Source: Isurus oxyrinchus
Lineage: Eukaryota
Direction: 5' to 3'
Assembly (NCBI GenBank): GCA_026770705.1
Contig: JANJGN010000052.1
Span: 3,844,001 to 3,908,000, forward strand
DNA length: 64,000 nucleotides
The notes below the pieces were generated by a model. That model searched no databases, was not told the origin of the DNA, and saw only the letters and a program-made list of their open reading frames with translations. Positions 13,365 to 24,104 of this stretch are shown piece by piece (the first letter of the stretch is position 1; each line of letters starts with the position of its first letter). The position numbers were made by a program, and so were the translations under genes.

Positions 13365-13875
13365 GAGAGAGAGAGAGAGAGAGTGAGTGCGTGTGTGAGA
13401 AAGAGAGACAATGTGTGTGTGAGAGAGTGACAGTGCGTATGTGTGCGAGAGAGAAGGATAGAGAGAAAGAGAAAATGTGTGAGAGAGCAAAAGAGAGGTA
13501 GAGTGTGTACGCATGAGAGAGTCAGGTAGCTGAATTGTGTGAGAGAGAGAGTGTGTGTGAGAGAAAGGGAATGTCTGTGTTAGAGAGAGAGCTTATGTGT
13601 GAGAGAGAAAGATAGAGAGAGAATCTGTGTGTGTTAGATAGTGTGTGTGTGAAAGAGGGAGTGTGTATGTGAGAGAGCGTGTGCATGAGAGCGTGTGTGT
13701 GTGTGTTTGAGAGAGAGGGTGTATGTGTTAGAGAGAGGGAGTGTGCGAGAGAGGGTGTGCGTGTTTGAGAGGGAGTGTGTGTGTTTAAAAGAATGAACAA
13801 GAGAAAATGTGTGTGTGTGTGTGTGTGTGTGAGTGTGTGTGTGTGTTTGTGTGTGTGTGTGTATGTGTGTGCATT
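13365..13875. repeat. GA/GT-rich low-complexity microsatellite
   Basis: Direct inspection. Confidence 0.85.
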
Positions 13876-14399
13876 CTGACTGAGTCGAGTTCACAGTTTC
13901 ACACGTTGCTAGGGACCACTTTTCCACCTCTCTGTCAGACTGTGTGTATCTGACAGCAGGTCAGGCAGAAATAGTCCAGAATGCGCTGTGGTTTTGTAGC
14001 ATTGAAACAACGACAGGAACTAAATGAGTGCTGCACCAAATAAAGACATGGAGTTACCACACCAAAAAACCACGTGACTTCCCCAGTTTCACATCTCCCT
14101 CAAACACAGAAAAACTGGGTTAACACTGACCCTCCTCCCAGAGCCAGTTCACCTCGTGTCCGATGCAGTCAAGAGAGGAAGATCATCTCTCCTCCGATCC
14201 TGGTAAACTGAACATTTCCAGAATTAGATCAGATCCCTGAAGTGTCTCCAGTTAGTCATTCATCTGACAGGATTGACTCTACAACCCTGGGGACTCATTC
14301 TCCTGTAAGTAAAACACTTGCTGCTCCTGTCAAATCTCTTCTGTACAGCATGGTCTCTGGATGTCCCAGAACACTTTACAATAGAGTTCACCCTTTTTT

Positions 14400-14625
14400 C
14401 GAAGTGTGGTTACTGTTGTAATGTAGGAAACGCAGCAGCCAATTAGCGCACAGCAAGCTCCCACAAACAGCAATGTGATCATCTGTTTTTGGTGATGTTG
14501 GTTGAGGGATAAATATTGGTGCCAGGACACCGGGGAGAATTCCCCCTTGCTCTTCCTCCAAATAGTGGCTGTGGGATCTTTCACACCCGCCCGAGAGGGC
14601 AGACGGGGGACTCGGTTTAGTGTCT
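14400..14625 (+). mobile_element. DeuSINE-like (SacSINE1/AmnSINE1-type) SINE fragment; other copies at ~3020-3130, 42870-43240, 43740-43915(-), 45330-45630
   Basis: Shared core 'tgtaggaaacgcagcagccaat...gcacagcaagctcccacaaacagcaatgtga...gagggataaatattgg...caggacaccggggaga'; family name from recollection of the consensus. Confidence 0.55.
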
Positions 14626-15262
14626 AATATTGGACTAATCTCCAGGCGAGGTTGGCTGGATGGATTATTGACAAGGTCCATTCACCCTGTAAAGAGTTTC
14701 TCTGGTTTGAAATACCCGATCAAACATCAAGTTCTGTGTCTAAGCTTTGTGTTGAAAAGATACCTTTCCAGCTCTTCACCTGCCATTAGCTTGTTGAGTC
14801 TTCACACGCTCCGTCTGTCCGTAACCAACCCCTCTTAGCTCATCCTTTCCTTGTCGTACATCGAGCTGTTCATCCTGACGGGTTCCCTCCTTCCCAGTAA
14901 CACTCCATCTCCGACATCAAACTAACTCCCAACACGTTGATGAATTGTATGGATTCCAGCGTCAGTTGGTTCTGTCTGAGGCTGTTTCTCTGATCGGGGA
15001 CCGAGCTGTTCTGAATGGACATTGTGTTCAGCAGTTCTTATTGCAGATCAGGCTGTTCAACCAATGCTGCTGTTCACTGAGGTGACTCCGATTCTACATT
15101 CACACATTAATGATCTCATGTCCAGCAGCAAACATCTGAATGAAGCCAGGTTCAAGAAAAAACCCAGCTGCTTGATCCGACAGTTATCTGTTCAGGCATG
15201 GCCCCTTGTTCCAAATAACAAACATTATTTAAAAATAGTCATCACATGAGCCTGGTTAACAA

Positions 15263-15300
15263 GGAAATGAAACCATTAACAATTTGCAGTAAAGTGAAAC
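15263..15300 (+). promoter_or_regulatory. EICE/ISRE-like (GGAAATGAAAC) and IRF-E (AAAGTGAAAC) sites upstream of gene B; duplicated at 12900-12937
   Basis: Match to GGAAnnGAAA and AAnnGAAA consensus; both motifs are intact in the two diverged copies. Confidence 0.45.
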
Positions 15301-15849
15301 GTACAGGACAATCTATTTATATAGAGCTGATGATTTATTTTACACGAGACATGTTGCTAATTTCAAACATCATCCGAAGTATGGCAGTTCTGACAGTGCA
15401 GCACTTCCTCAGTACTGACCCTTTGACAGTGCAGCACTCCCCCAGTACTGACCCACTGACAGTGCAGCACTCCCTTGGGACTGAATCCAGAGATACAAGG
15501 AAGAGACTGAAGAGCTGACGATTCAGCTGAATTTAAAAACAGAGGCAGTTACAGAATCACAACAAGTTTACAGAGCAGAAGGAGGCCATTCAGCCCCTCG
15601 AGCCTGTTACACAGGAACTGGAGCGGCCATTCAGCCCCCTCGAGCCTGTTACACAGGAACAGGAGGAGGCCCATTCAGCCCCTCGAGACTGTTACACAGG
15701 AACAGGAAGAGGCAATTCAACCACATTCTTGACACCAAAGGGGTTACCAGTTTGCTTACGGTGGAAGACAAAGAGTTGGTTTCTCAAATTCACACAAACC
15801 AACTCACATTTTGACTCACAGAGACACATTCACCCTTTCTAATTAAATA

Positions 15850-15939
15850 CACAGAGGGAGGAGCACAGGAAGAGGTCATTCAGCCCAAGCAGAGCGTGTG
15901 GGCAGTTCCTCCCCAGGCGAGCAGTCGGACAGGTCCTGG
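15850..15939 (+). other. Putative non-coding exon 1 of gene B (5' end approximate)
   Basis: Strong donor tgg|gtaagt; block conserved at 29700-29786 and 30345-30434; preceded by TGACTCA and ETS-like sites. Confidence 0.55.
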
Positions 15940-16350
15940 GTAAGTAACGGAACGATTGGAATTCACTTCCACGACCAACACCGTCCTTTGCTGATGTTGT
16001 GACTTTATAAAGACAGATTCCAATGATTGATGCCTTTGAAAGATTTCTACTGATTATTGAGATCTGGGTGTGAGGCTCAAGTCTGTTGTACAGAACATCT
16101 TTCTAGCTCAAGGGATGAGGAAAATGGGATGCCCTGAGCTGGTGAAAGGTGCTATAGAAATGCAAGCCCTTCATTGTTTTTCATTCTTAAAGCCTTGTAA
16201 CTCTCTGCAGAACACCTATCATCCCACAGGGAATCAAATTAGTCTTTGAAGTCATTGTCTAAAAGGAGTTCTGATCTCTCGAGATCTGTTGGTCAAGAGG
16301 TGAGGTCTCATTAACTCCTTTCTCTTTCAGAGTTTGAGAGTGAGAAGTGG

Positions 16351-16411
16351 ATGGAATATCTGGGAGTGGACAATGATCGGGAAATCTACTTCCTCCTGTC
16401 ACTTCTCCAAG
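16351..16411 (+). CDS. Gene B signal-peptide exon (coding part)
   Basis: MEYLGVDNDREIYFLLSLLQ + G|gtaata, phase 1, joins the V exon as ...LLQVGLSQEW; acceptor at 16330. Confidence 0.75.
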
Positions 16412-17589
16412 GTAATATCATCATCAGATTTAATGTTAATAGTCTCTGTAAAGGATCATTCTTATTGAGCTGTGATTGGGAACCGATTCAGCAGTGACCC
16501 TGTGCACAAACTCAGACCAAGTCCCATTCACCCATCACCCCTGTGCTCACTGATATACACTGACTCCCTGTCTGACAGCAGAATTGGAAGTGATCAGAGA
16601 TCTCAGAGAGTTGTAGGGACTGGAGGACGTTACAAAGTTCAGCAGAATTGTAGCAGCGAGAGCAGGATCTTAAAATTCAGGTGCTGTCAGACGTTGGTCA
16701 GTGAGCGATGGGGAGTGATGGGTTGAGTAGAGAAGCAAAGATAAAAACTGGGGGATGAAGTCTATCCTGCTGCGAGGTCTCCGATAGCAATGGCCTGAAA
16801 TTTGTGTCCTTTGCTGCCTTTATTCAAAATTGCCCATGAAGACAACACAGCAGCTCCTAGAATAGACAGGCTGTTCAGTGTCACACTTCCTGTCCATCCT
16901 CACCTTGCTAGATACTTCAATAAGGGAGCAAGATAACTGAAAGAGAGAAGGAAGGTAAAGCTGTCTGTGTGTAAAGCTGTCAAATATTCTGAGATATCAT
17001 GAGTGTCTCTGACCTGCTGCAGAGTTTAAAGTTCTCAGAACATTAGCACTTTGCAGCTCAGAGAGAGACCATTGACTCACTGCCTGAAAGGCCGGTGGAA
17101 GCAGATTCAACAGGAACTTTCAGAAGGGAAACTGGATAAATACTTGAAGGGAAATTTGCAGGGATGTGCGAAAGGTGCTGGAGAGGAATTGGGAAAGAGC
17201 CAGCACATGCACGATGGGTCAAATGAGCTCCTCCTGTGTTGTATCATTCAACAATCAGACAATTTAAGACCCTTGTCAGCAAATCTTCAGAATCCTGCTG
17301 AATCACAGATGTTTCAGAAGGACAGGGAACACGAGGTTTCTGGTAGCAGCGTTTCATGTGGGGCCCAGTTCAGTTTGAACAAATAAACAACACCATCTTT
17401 GAAAGTCATGAACCCACCACAGCGGCACCTCCGACACATGCAGAGCTCAGGCTAGAGGCGCTTTGTTAGTGTGTTTCACAGTGTCTGCTGGAGTAGGGTC
17501 AGTGCTGAGCTTGGGGACAAGTCAGTCTACAATGCTGCATCGGAATCAACAATACAAAAATATGGGGTTTAGATCAGAAATAATCCATT

Positions 17590-17750
17590 AGACAATGAGG
17601 ATCCAAAGAGATTCCTTAGACAATGAGGATCCAAAGAGATTCCTTAGACAATGAGGATCCAAAGAGATTCCTCAGACAATGAGGATCCAAAGAGATTCCT
17701 CAGACAATGAGGGTCCAAAGTGATTCCTTAGACAATGAAGATACAAAGTG
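17590..17750. repeat. 28-bp tandem repeat (agacaatgaggatccaaagagattcctt), ~5.5 copies
   Basis: Direct inspection. Confidence 0.9.
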
Positions 17751-17959
17751 CACCAATCAGATTGAACCAGATTAACTAATCAGCTGTGTTGAAGAGCAGA
17801 CAGGAATGTTAGGCTAATTAGTGATTCATGACGGTGATAATGGGGGGAGTTCTGAGGGCTCCTAATCCATTGTCCTGTCTTGTAAATCAGCACTGAATGG
17901 ATCTCAATGGGTGGGTCTCGTAGACACTGTGTTGGGTGGAAGACTGGCTTCACTAAGGG

Positions 17960-18240
17960 GAAGCGGCAGTAGAGAGGCATTGTCACTGGGCTAGTATTCC
18001 AGAGGCCCAGGGTGATGCTCTGGGGCCCTGGGTGTGAATCCCATCACAGCAGATGAATGGGATTAAAAAGCCTGGTTCACTGATCCCCTTCAGGGAAGGA
18101 AATCTCCACCCTTACCGAGTCTGGCCTACATGTCACTCCAAACCCACAGCAATACAATTGATTCTTAAATGCCTCTGATGGACATGGGATGGGTAATAAA
18201 TGCTGGGCACATCCCATGAACGGATAATTTGAAAAACACA
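17960..18240 (+). mobile_element. HE1-like SINE (tRNA-derived head, LINE-derived tail); related copies at ~37560-37690, 39920-40225, 49380-49720(-)
   Basis: A/B-box-like head (gtcactgggctagtattccagagg...gggtgtgaatccca) and tail 'gggatgggtaataaatgctgg' shared with the LINE fragments. Confidence 0.6.
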
Positions 18241-18500
18241 TGACTTGGAGACACTGTGTTGGGTGGAAGACTGGCTTCACTAAACAGGGTCCTGAGGACC
18301 ATGAGCCAATGTAGAATGAACTTGTCCACTCCTGTGTCCAGGATTCTCTTCCATCCATTGTGAAACCTTGGGGAGATCCCTGTGTGTCCTGTAGATGGTC
18401 CACACTGCAGCCACTGTGCCCCAGTGATGGACGGGGTGGATATTGAGTCTAGTGGATCTACAAACCAACCAGAGTTAAATATTGATATTTCTCTCCCCAG

Positions 18501-18869
18501 TTGGACTGTCACAAGAGTGGAAAGGTGACACTCCACGAGAGGTGACAGCGCAGGAAGATTCGTGTGTACAGATTCCATGTCATTACAGTTATCCATCACA
18601 TTTGGAAAGCCAACCACGAGTCGGAGTCTGGTTTAATAATGAGAATCAGATTCCTGGATCTCCCATTGCCTTTCACTCCAAGGATCACAGTCACGAGTTA
18701 CCACGGTTCCACCATCGGACCCGGCTGTCTGGAGACCTGAAAGATGGCGACTGTTCCCTGATTATAAACAACATCAGACGGGAAGATGCAGGACCTTATT
18801 TCTTCAGGATAGAATTTGACAGCAGTAATAGTTACAACTACTATCCTGTAACCCAGCTTCACGTTTCTG
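18501..18869 (+). CDS. Gene B Siglec V-set (sialic-acid-binding) domain exon, intact
   Basis: 369 nt, phase 1-1. Hallmarks: CVQIPCHYSYP, W, GDCSLII (Siglec-type B-E intrasheet Cys), DAGPYFFRIE with the essential Arg at 18806-18808 and no F-strand Cys. Confidence 0.95.
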
Positions 18870-19269
18870 GTAAGTGCTGTGTTATAATTACTCAACAATT
18901 CACATTCAACACTCAATGGGAATTAACACAAACTGTGACGTTTACATATTAACACAAAACACAGCTTATTATAACACACTGTCTGATTCTCAATAACCTG
19001 CTGATAGCTTCCAGTTCAGTCCTAAAGCAACCTCTAATACTCACTTTAATATCAATGATTAAATGTATTGACTGTGTCCATCAAAGTTATCAGGTTATCC
19101 ACTCTCATCGATCTCTCTAATCCTGTTTAAAATAATTTCCTGATCATTGTAACCTCTCAGTTCTGATATCATCCTTGTAAAAGTGCTTTCTCTTGTGGGA
19201 CTGTGATAACTATTTGAACTGATGCTTCACGTTATATTTCTCTAAAAGGATCCATTCTCTGTCTGTTAG

Positions 19270-19566
19270 ATTTCACAGATAAACCCACGATATTCCCTGC
19301 TGAAATTATTGCAGGAAAGCCTGTGGATGTAAGCTGCACCTTCAACACAACGTGCAATGGAACAGCAGCACCTGTCTTAACCTGGGACATTCCCACTGAC
19401 GTACCTGGATCAGTCTCAAACACTGTAACTCAGCATGGTGTCACTCTGACCTATACTTCTGTTCTGACCCTGATCCCATCACTCAAACACCACGGACACA
19501 CTCTCAGCTGCAGAGTGAGATATCCATCTGTTTCATCGGAGCGGACCCTCGTACTAACTGTACAAG
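19270..19566 (+). CDS. Gene B Siglec domain-2 (C-type Ig) exon, intact
   Basis: 297 nt, phase 1-1; DFTDKP...SCTFNTTCNGTAAPVLTW...HHGHTLSCRV. The extra Cys matches the Siglec V-D2 interdomain disulfide. Confidence 0.93.
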
Positions 19567-19779
19567 GTAAGTATGGACATCCTTCATTATACATTCGCTG
19601 GAACAGTCTATATTGTGCACAGCAGGATCCCATAGAAAGGTATTCTGATGAGAACCAGATCATCTGTAGTTTAGGGAAAAACACTAACCAGAAAACAGTT
19701 AATGACAGTTTCTGAACATTAACACTGGAGCTTTTTTTTCCAGCCAAGAAGCTGATAGAGCAGAGCATCATTCACAATA

Positions 19780-20740
19780 TACTAACCCCCTGACAGTGCA
19801 GCACTCCCTCAGTACTGACCGCCTGACAGTGCAGCACTCCCTCAGTACTGACCGCCTGACAGTGCAGCACTCCCTCAGTACTGATCCTCCAACAGTGCAG
19901 AACTCCCTCAGCACTGACCCTCTGACAGTGTAGCACTCCCTCAGTACTGTCCCTCTGACAGTGCAGCACTCCCTCAGTACTGACCTGCTGAAATTGCAGC
20001 TCTCCCTCAGTACTGACCCTCTGACATTGCAGCACTCCCTCAGTACTGACCCTCTGACAGTGCAGCACTGCCTCAGTACTGACCCTCCAATAATGAAACA
20101 ATCCCTCAGTACTGACTCTCCGACAGTGCAGCACTCCTTCACTGCTGACCCTCCACCTCTGCAGTGCTCCCTCAGGACTGAAAATCCAACATTTCATATC
20201 TCCCTCCTGACTGACCATCTGAAAATACAACAGATCCTCGGTCGAGTCCTTCAAACAGTGCTGCACTTCCACAGTACAGAATCTCCCCCCCACCCACAGT
20301 GCAGCACTTCCACAGTACTGAACCTCTGACAGTGCAGCACTCCCTCAGTACTGACCCTCCCACCTGCAGCACTCCCTCAGTACTGACCCTCCCACATGCA
20401 GCATTCCCTCAGTACTGACCCTCCCACATGCAGCACTCACTCAGTACTGACCCTCCCACAGTGCAGCACTCCCTCAGTACTGACCCTCCCACATGCAGCA
20501 CTCACTCAGTACTGACCCTCCCACAGTGCAGCACTCCCTCAGTACTGACCCTCCCACATGCAGCACTCCCTCAGTACTCACCCTCCCACAGTGCAGCACT
20601 CCCTCAGTACTGACCCTCCCACATGCAGCACTCCCTCAGTACTGACCCTCCCACATGCAGCACTCCCTCAGTACTGACCCTCCCACATGCAGCACTCCCT
20701 CAGTACTGACCCTTTGACAGTGCTGCACTACCTCACTATT
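19780..20740 (+). repeat. 31/33-bp minisatellite array
   Basis: Tandem units. Confidence 0.9.
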
Positions 20741-20974
20741 GGCTTTAAACTAAATAGAGTGTGGGGCGAATGTTTCTGGAGAGGGTATATGTACAGTTAC
20801 AAACCAAAAGGATTTATTAGCATTGCAGGATAGCTGTTTTGGCAATGATACCCAGTGTGTGACAGGAAGGGACACAGTGTCCAAACATAAAAATACATCA
20901 GCAAATAGTGTCAGAGGGGGGGAAATGATAAAAAGACAAAATTAATGGCTCTTTACTTAAATGCACATAGTATT

Positions 20975-21626
20975 TGGAATGTTGGCCTTTATTTCAAAGG
21001 GAATGGAGTATAAAAATAGGGAAGCCTTGCTAAAACTATACAAGGCACTAGTTAGACCACACCTAGAATACTGTGAGCAGTTTTGGTGCCCTTATCTAAG
21101 GAAAGATGTACTGGCATTGGAGGCAGTCCCGAGAAGGTTCACTAGGTTGATCCCAGTAATGAGGGATTTTCATATGAGGAGAGGTTGAGTAGGATGGGCC
21201 TGTACTCATTGGAGTTTAGGAGAATGAGAGCTGACCTTATTGAAACATATAAGATTCTTAGGGTGCTTGACAGGGTAGATGCTGAGAGGTTGTTTCCCCT
21301 TGTGGGAGAGTCTAGGACCAGAGGGCATAATCTCAGAGTAAGGGGTCACCCATTTAAGACAGAGATGAGGAGTTTCTTCTCTCAGAGGGTAGTGAATGTG
21401 TGGAATTCTTTACTGCAGAGATCTGCAGAGGCTGGGAAATTAATTATATTCAAGGCTGAGATACACAGTTTTTTAATCAGTCAGGGAATCAAAGGCTATG
21501 GGGAAGAGGCAGGAAAGTGGAGTTGAGGATTGTCAGATCAGCCATGGTGTCATTGAATGGCGGAGCCTAGTTGATTGGCCGAATGGCCTCCTTCTGCTCT
21601 GACGTCTTGTGGTCTTATGGTCTTAT
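20975..21626 (+). mobile_element. CR1-like LINE 3' fragment
   Basis: LYKALVRPHLEYCEQFW...SLEFRRMRADLIETYK...FFSQRVVNVWN plus 3' UTR. Confidence 0.85.
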
Positions 21627-21629
21627 CAC

Positions 21630-22095
21630 CCTCCAACAGTGCAGAGCTCCCTAATTACTGACCCTCCGACAGTGCAGCACTCTTCCAGTACTGACCCTTC
21701 GACAGTGCAGCATTGCCTCAGTACTGACCCTCCAACAGTGCAGAGATCCCTAATTACTGACGCTCCGACAATGCAGCACTCTTCCAGTACTGACCCTCCG
21801 ACAGTGCAGCATTCCCTAAGTACTGACCCTCCAACAGTGCAGCACTGCCTCAATACTGACCCTCCAACAGTGCAGCACTGCCTCAATACTGACCCTCCAA
21901 CAGTGCAGCACTCCCTCAGTGCTGACCCTCCGACAGTGAAGTACTCGCTCAGTACTGACTATGCGGCAGTGAAGCTTTCACAGTACCCACCCACCATCAG
22001 TACAGCAGGTCCTCAGTACTCACCCTCCAACAGGGCAGCACTCCCTCAGTACTGACCCTCCAACAGTGCAGCACTCCCTCAGTACTGAACTGAAG
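21630..22095 (+). repeat. 33-bp minisatellite array
   Basis: Tandem units. Confidence 0.9.
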
Positions 22096-22212
22096 AGTCT
22101 GCCTGAATTATGTGCTTTGTGGTGAAGGATTGATATTACACCTGTAACATTGTCAGGGTCTCTGAAAGTGCTTCACAGTCAATGTAAGTAACTGATCTTT
22201 ATTCGTTTTTAG

Positions 22213-22485
22213 ATGCACCACAGAATCTCTCAATTACTTTTCATGATATGATTAATGCTTCATGGATCAATATAATTGAGGGGAATTCTGCAGTGATAAT
22301 CTGCTCTGTCGAGAGCTTCCCAGCTTCTAACCTGATGTGGTGACATCTTAATGTCCCAATGAACAGAACAAGTTCCAACAATGAGCTGTGGTTGGTGATT
22401 CCTCACGTTATATCCAGGGACACTGGAGATTATCAGTGTGTGGCAGAGAATGAACATGGAGCAGTGGACGGGTTCATAAACATTC
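22213..22485 (+). pseudogene. Gene B disrupted C2 exon (D3)
   Basis: Copy of the 282-nt exon with CGA>TGA stop at 22341-22343; 3' end and donor lost at the LINE junction. Confidence 0.9.
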
Positions 22486-22487
22486 TG

Positions 22488-23535
22488 TTTTTATTAGTTC
22501 ATGGGATGTGGGTAGTGTTGACAAGACCAGAGATTATTGCCCATCTGTAACTGCCCCTTGAGAAGATGGTGGTGAGCTGCCTTCTTTAACCACTGCAGTC
22601 CATGTGGTGTACGCACACCCACAGTGCTGTTAGGGAGGGAGTTCCAGGATTTTGTCCCAGTGATGGTGAAGGAACGGCCGATATATTTCCAAGTCCCAGG
22701 GCAGACCACCACCTCAAGTTCGCTTCCAAATCACACACCACACTGACTTGGAACTGTCTTGGTGGAAGAGGTTAAGGGTTTGGAAGGTGCTGTCGAAGGA
22801 GCCTTGGTGAGTTGCTGCAGTGCATCTTGTAGATGGTGCACACACTGCTGCCATTGTGTGCCAGTGGTGAAGGGTATGAATGTTTATGCTGGTGGATGGG
22901 CTGTCGATCAAACAAGCTGCTCCTGGATGGTGTCGAGCTTCTTGAGTGTTGTTGGAGCTGCACTTATCCAGCCAAGTGGAGATTATTCCATCACACTCCT
23001 GAAATGTGCCTTGTCCGATGGTGGACAGGCTTTGGGGAGTCAGGAGGTGAGTTACTCACCGCAGAGTTCCCAGCCTCTTACCCGCATTTGTAGCCACATT
23101 ATTTCCTGTTGCCGGGATGTTGCCAGGGCCAATAGTCTTTGCTGTATCCAGTATCATCAGCTGATTCCTGATGTCACGTGGAGTCAATCGAATTGTCTGA
23201 AAGCTGACATCTGTGATGCTGGGACCCTCTGGAGGAGGCCGAGATGGAGCATCCACTCAGCACTTCTGGCTGAACATGGTTGCCAAAGCTTCAGCCTTGT
23301 CGTTTGCACTGATGTGCTGAGCTCCCCCATCATTAAGGATGGGGTTATTTGTGGAACATCCTCCTCCTGTTAGATCTTTAGTTGTCCATCACCATTCATG
23401 ACTGGATGTGGCAGGACTGCAGAGCTTAGATCTGACCCGTTGGTTGTGGGATCGCTTTGCTCTGTCTATAGCATGTTGTTTCCGCTGTTTGGTGTGTATG
23501 TAGTCCTGTGTGTCACCTCAGCAGCTTGGCACCTC
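22488..23535 (-). mobile_element. HER1-like LINE fragment(s)
   Basis: Reverse-strand LINE tail at 22490-22600 plus degenerate RT-region ORFs (PSITDVSFQTIRLTPRDI...LDTAK). Confidence 0.75.
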
Positions 23536-23727
23536 TGTTATATGTGAATCCTCCTTATAGAAACCTGCATGTACATGGATATTATCAATAAATATTACAT
23601 AGATATATGTTATTTGTATAGACCTTTCATGCATAGACAATATCACTTCACAAGTTCAGAATTACTACATGTACATAGGGAACCATTCTCAAACTGTACC
23701 GGAGTCATTCATTGGCTGATTTTACAG

Positions 23728-23824
23728 GGCGAGATTCCAATGAATGGAAAGCAGGATTGCTTGGAGCTGGAATCTGTTTGAGTGTTGGACTGAGTGGATT
23801 CTTCATTTTCAAGTCTGTGAGAAA
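23728..23824 (+). CDS. Gene B transmembrane exon (intact, 97 nt, phase 1-2)
   Basis: tttacag|GG CGA GAT...AGA AA|gtaagt; RDSNEWKAGLLGAGICLSVGLSGFFIFKSVRK; same length and phase as, and homologous to, the gene A TM exon. Confidence 0.85.
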
Positions 23825-23887
23825 GTAAGTGCGAAGGTTTAATTGGTTGATTTCAAACATTTTTTCTTCAACCTTCTCTCCTTATAG

Positions 23888-23944
23888 CAGGAATCAAATC
23901 GAACCATCGTGTTGATGAATATCGAGGTCCTGTTTATGAAAACT
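23888..23944 (+). CDS. Putative gene B cytoplasmic exon (GIKSNHRVDEYRGPVYEN)
   Basis: Polypyrimidine tract plus AG, donor gtgagt and a YxN motif; phase does not match the TM exon 63 nt upstream. Confidence 0.4.
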
Positions 23945-24104
23945 GTGAGTGTGGTTGGGCTTTGAGGAATCAGGTGAGTCACACACCACAGGATCCCCAG
24001 CCTCTCAGCTGCTCCAGTAGCCTGGTTATTGATATGGCTGCTCCACTCCTGTATCTGCAATGTTTTATACAGTCACTCCCAAACCCAACCAAACTCACAC
24101 CCAA

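Noticed and set aside
18501-19566. Assigning MAG, CD22 or SIGLEC1 gene symbols
   Set aside because: Domain counts and tails do not match any single ortholog; orthology needs phylogeny.
19780-22095. 33-bp and other arrays as CRISPR-like or coding repeats (TVQHSLSTDPP, VLRECCTV)
   Set aside because: Head-to-tail units with no unique spacers, in eukaryotic context, with no cas genes.
23728-23824. Gene B TM as an activating (Lys-containing) TM
   Set aside because: Both Lys residues flank the 20-aa hydrophobic segment rather than lying within it.
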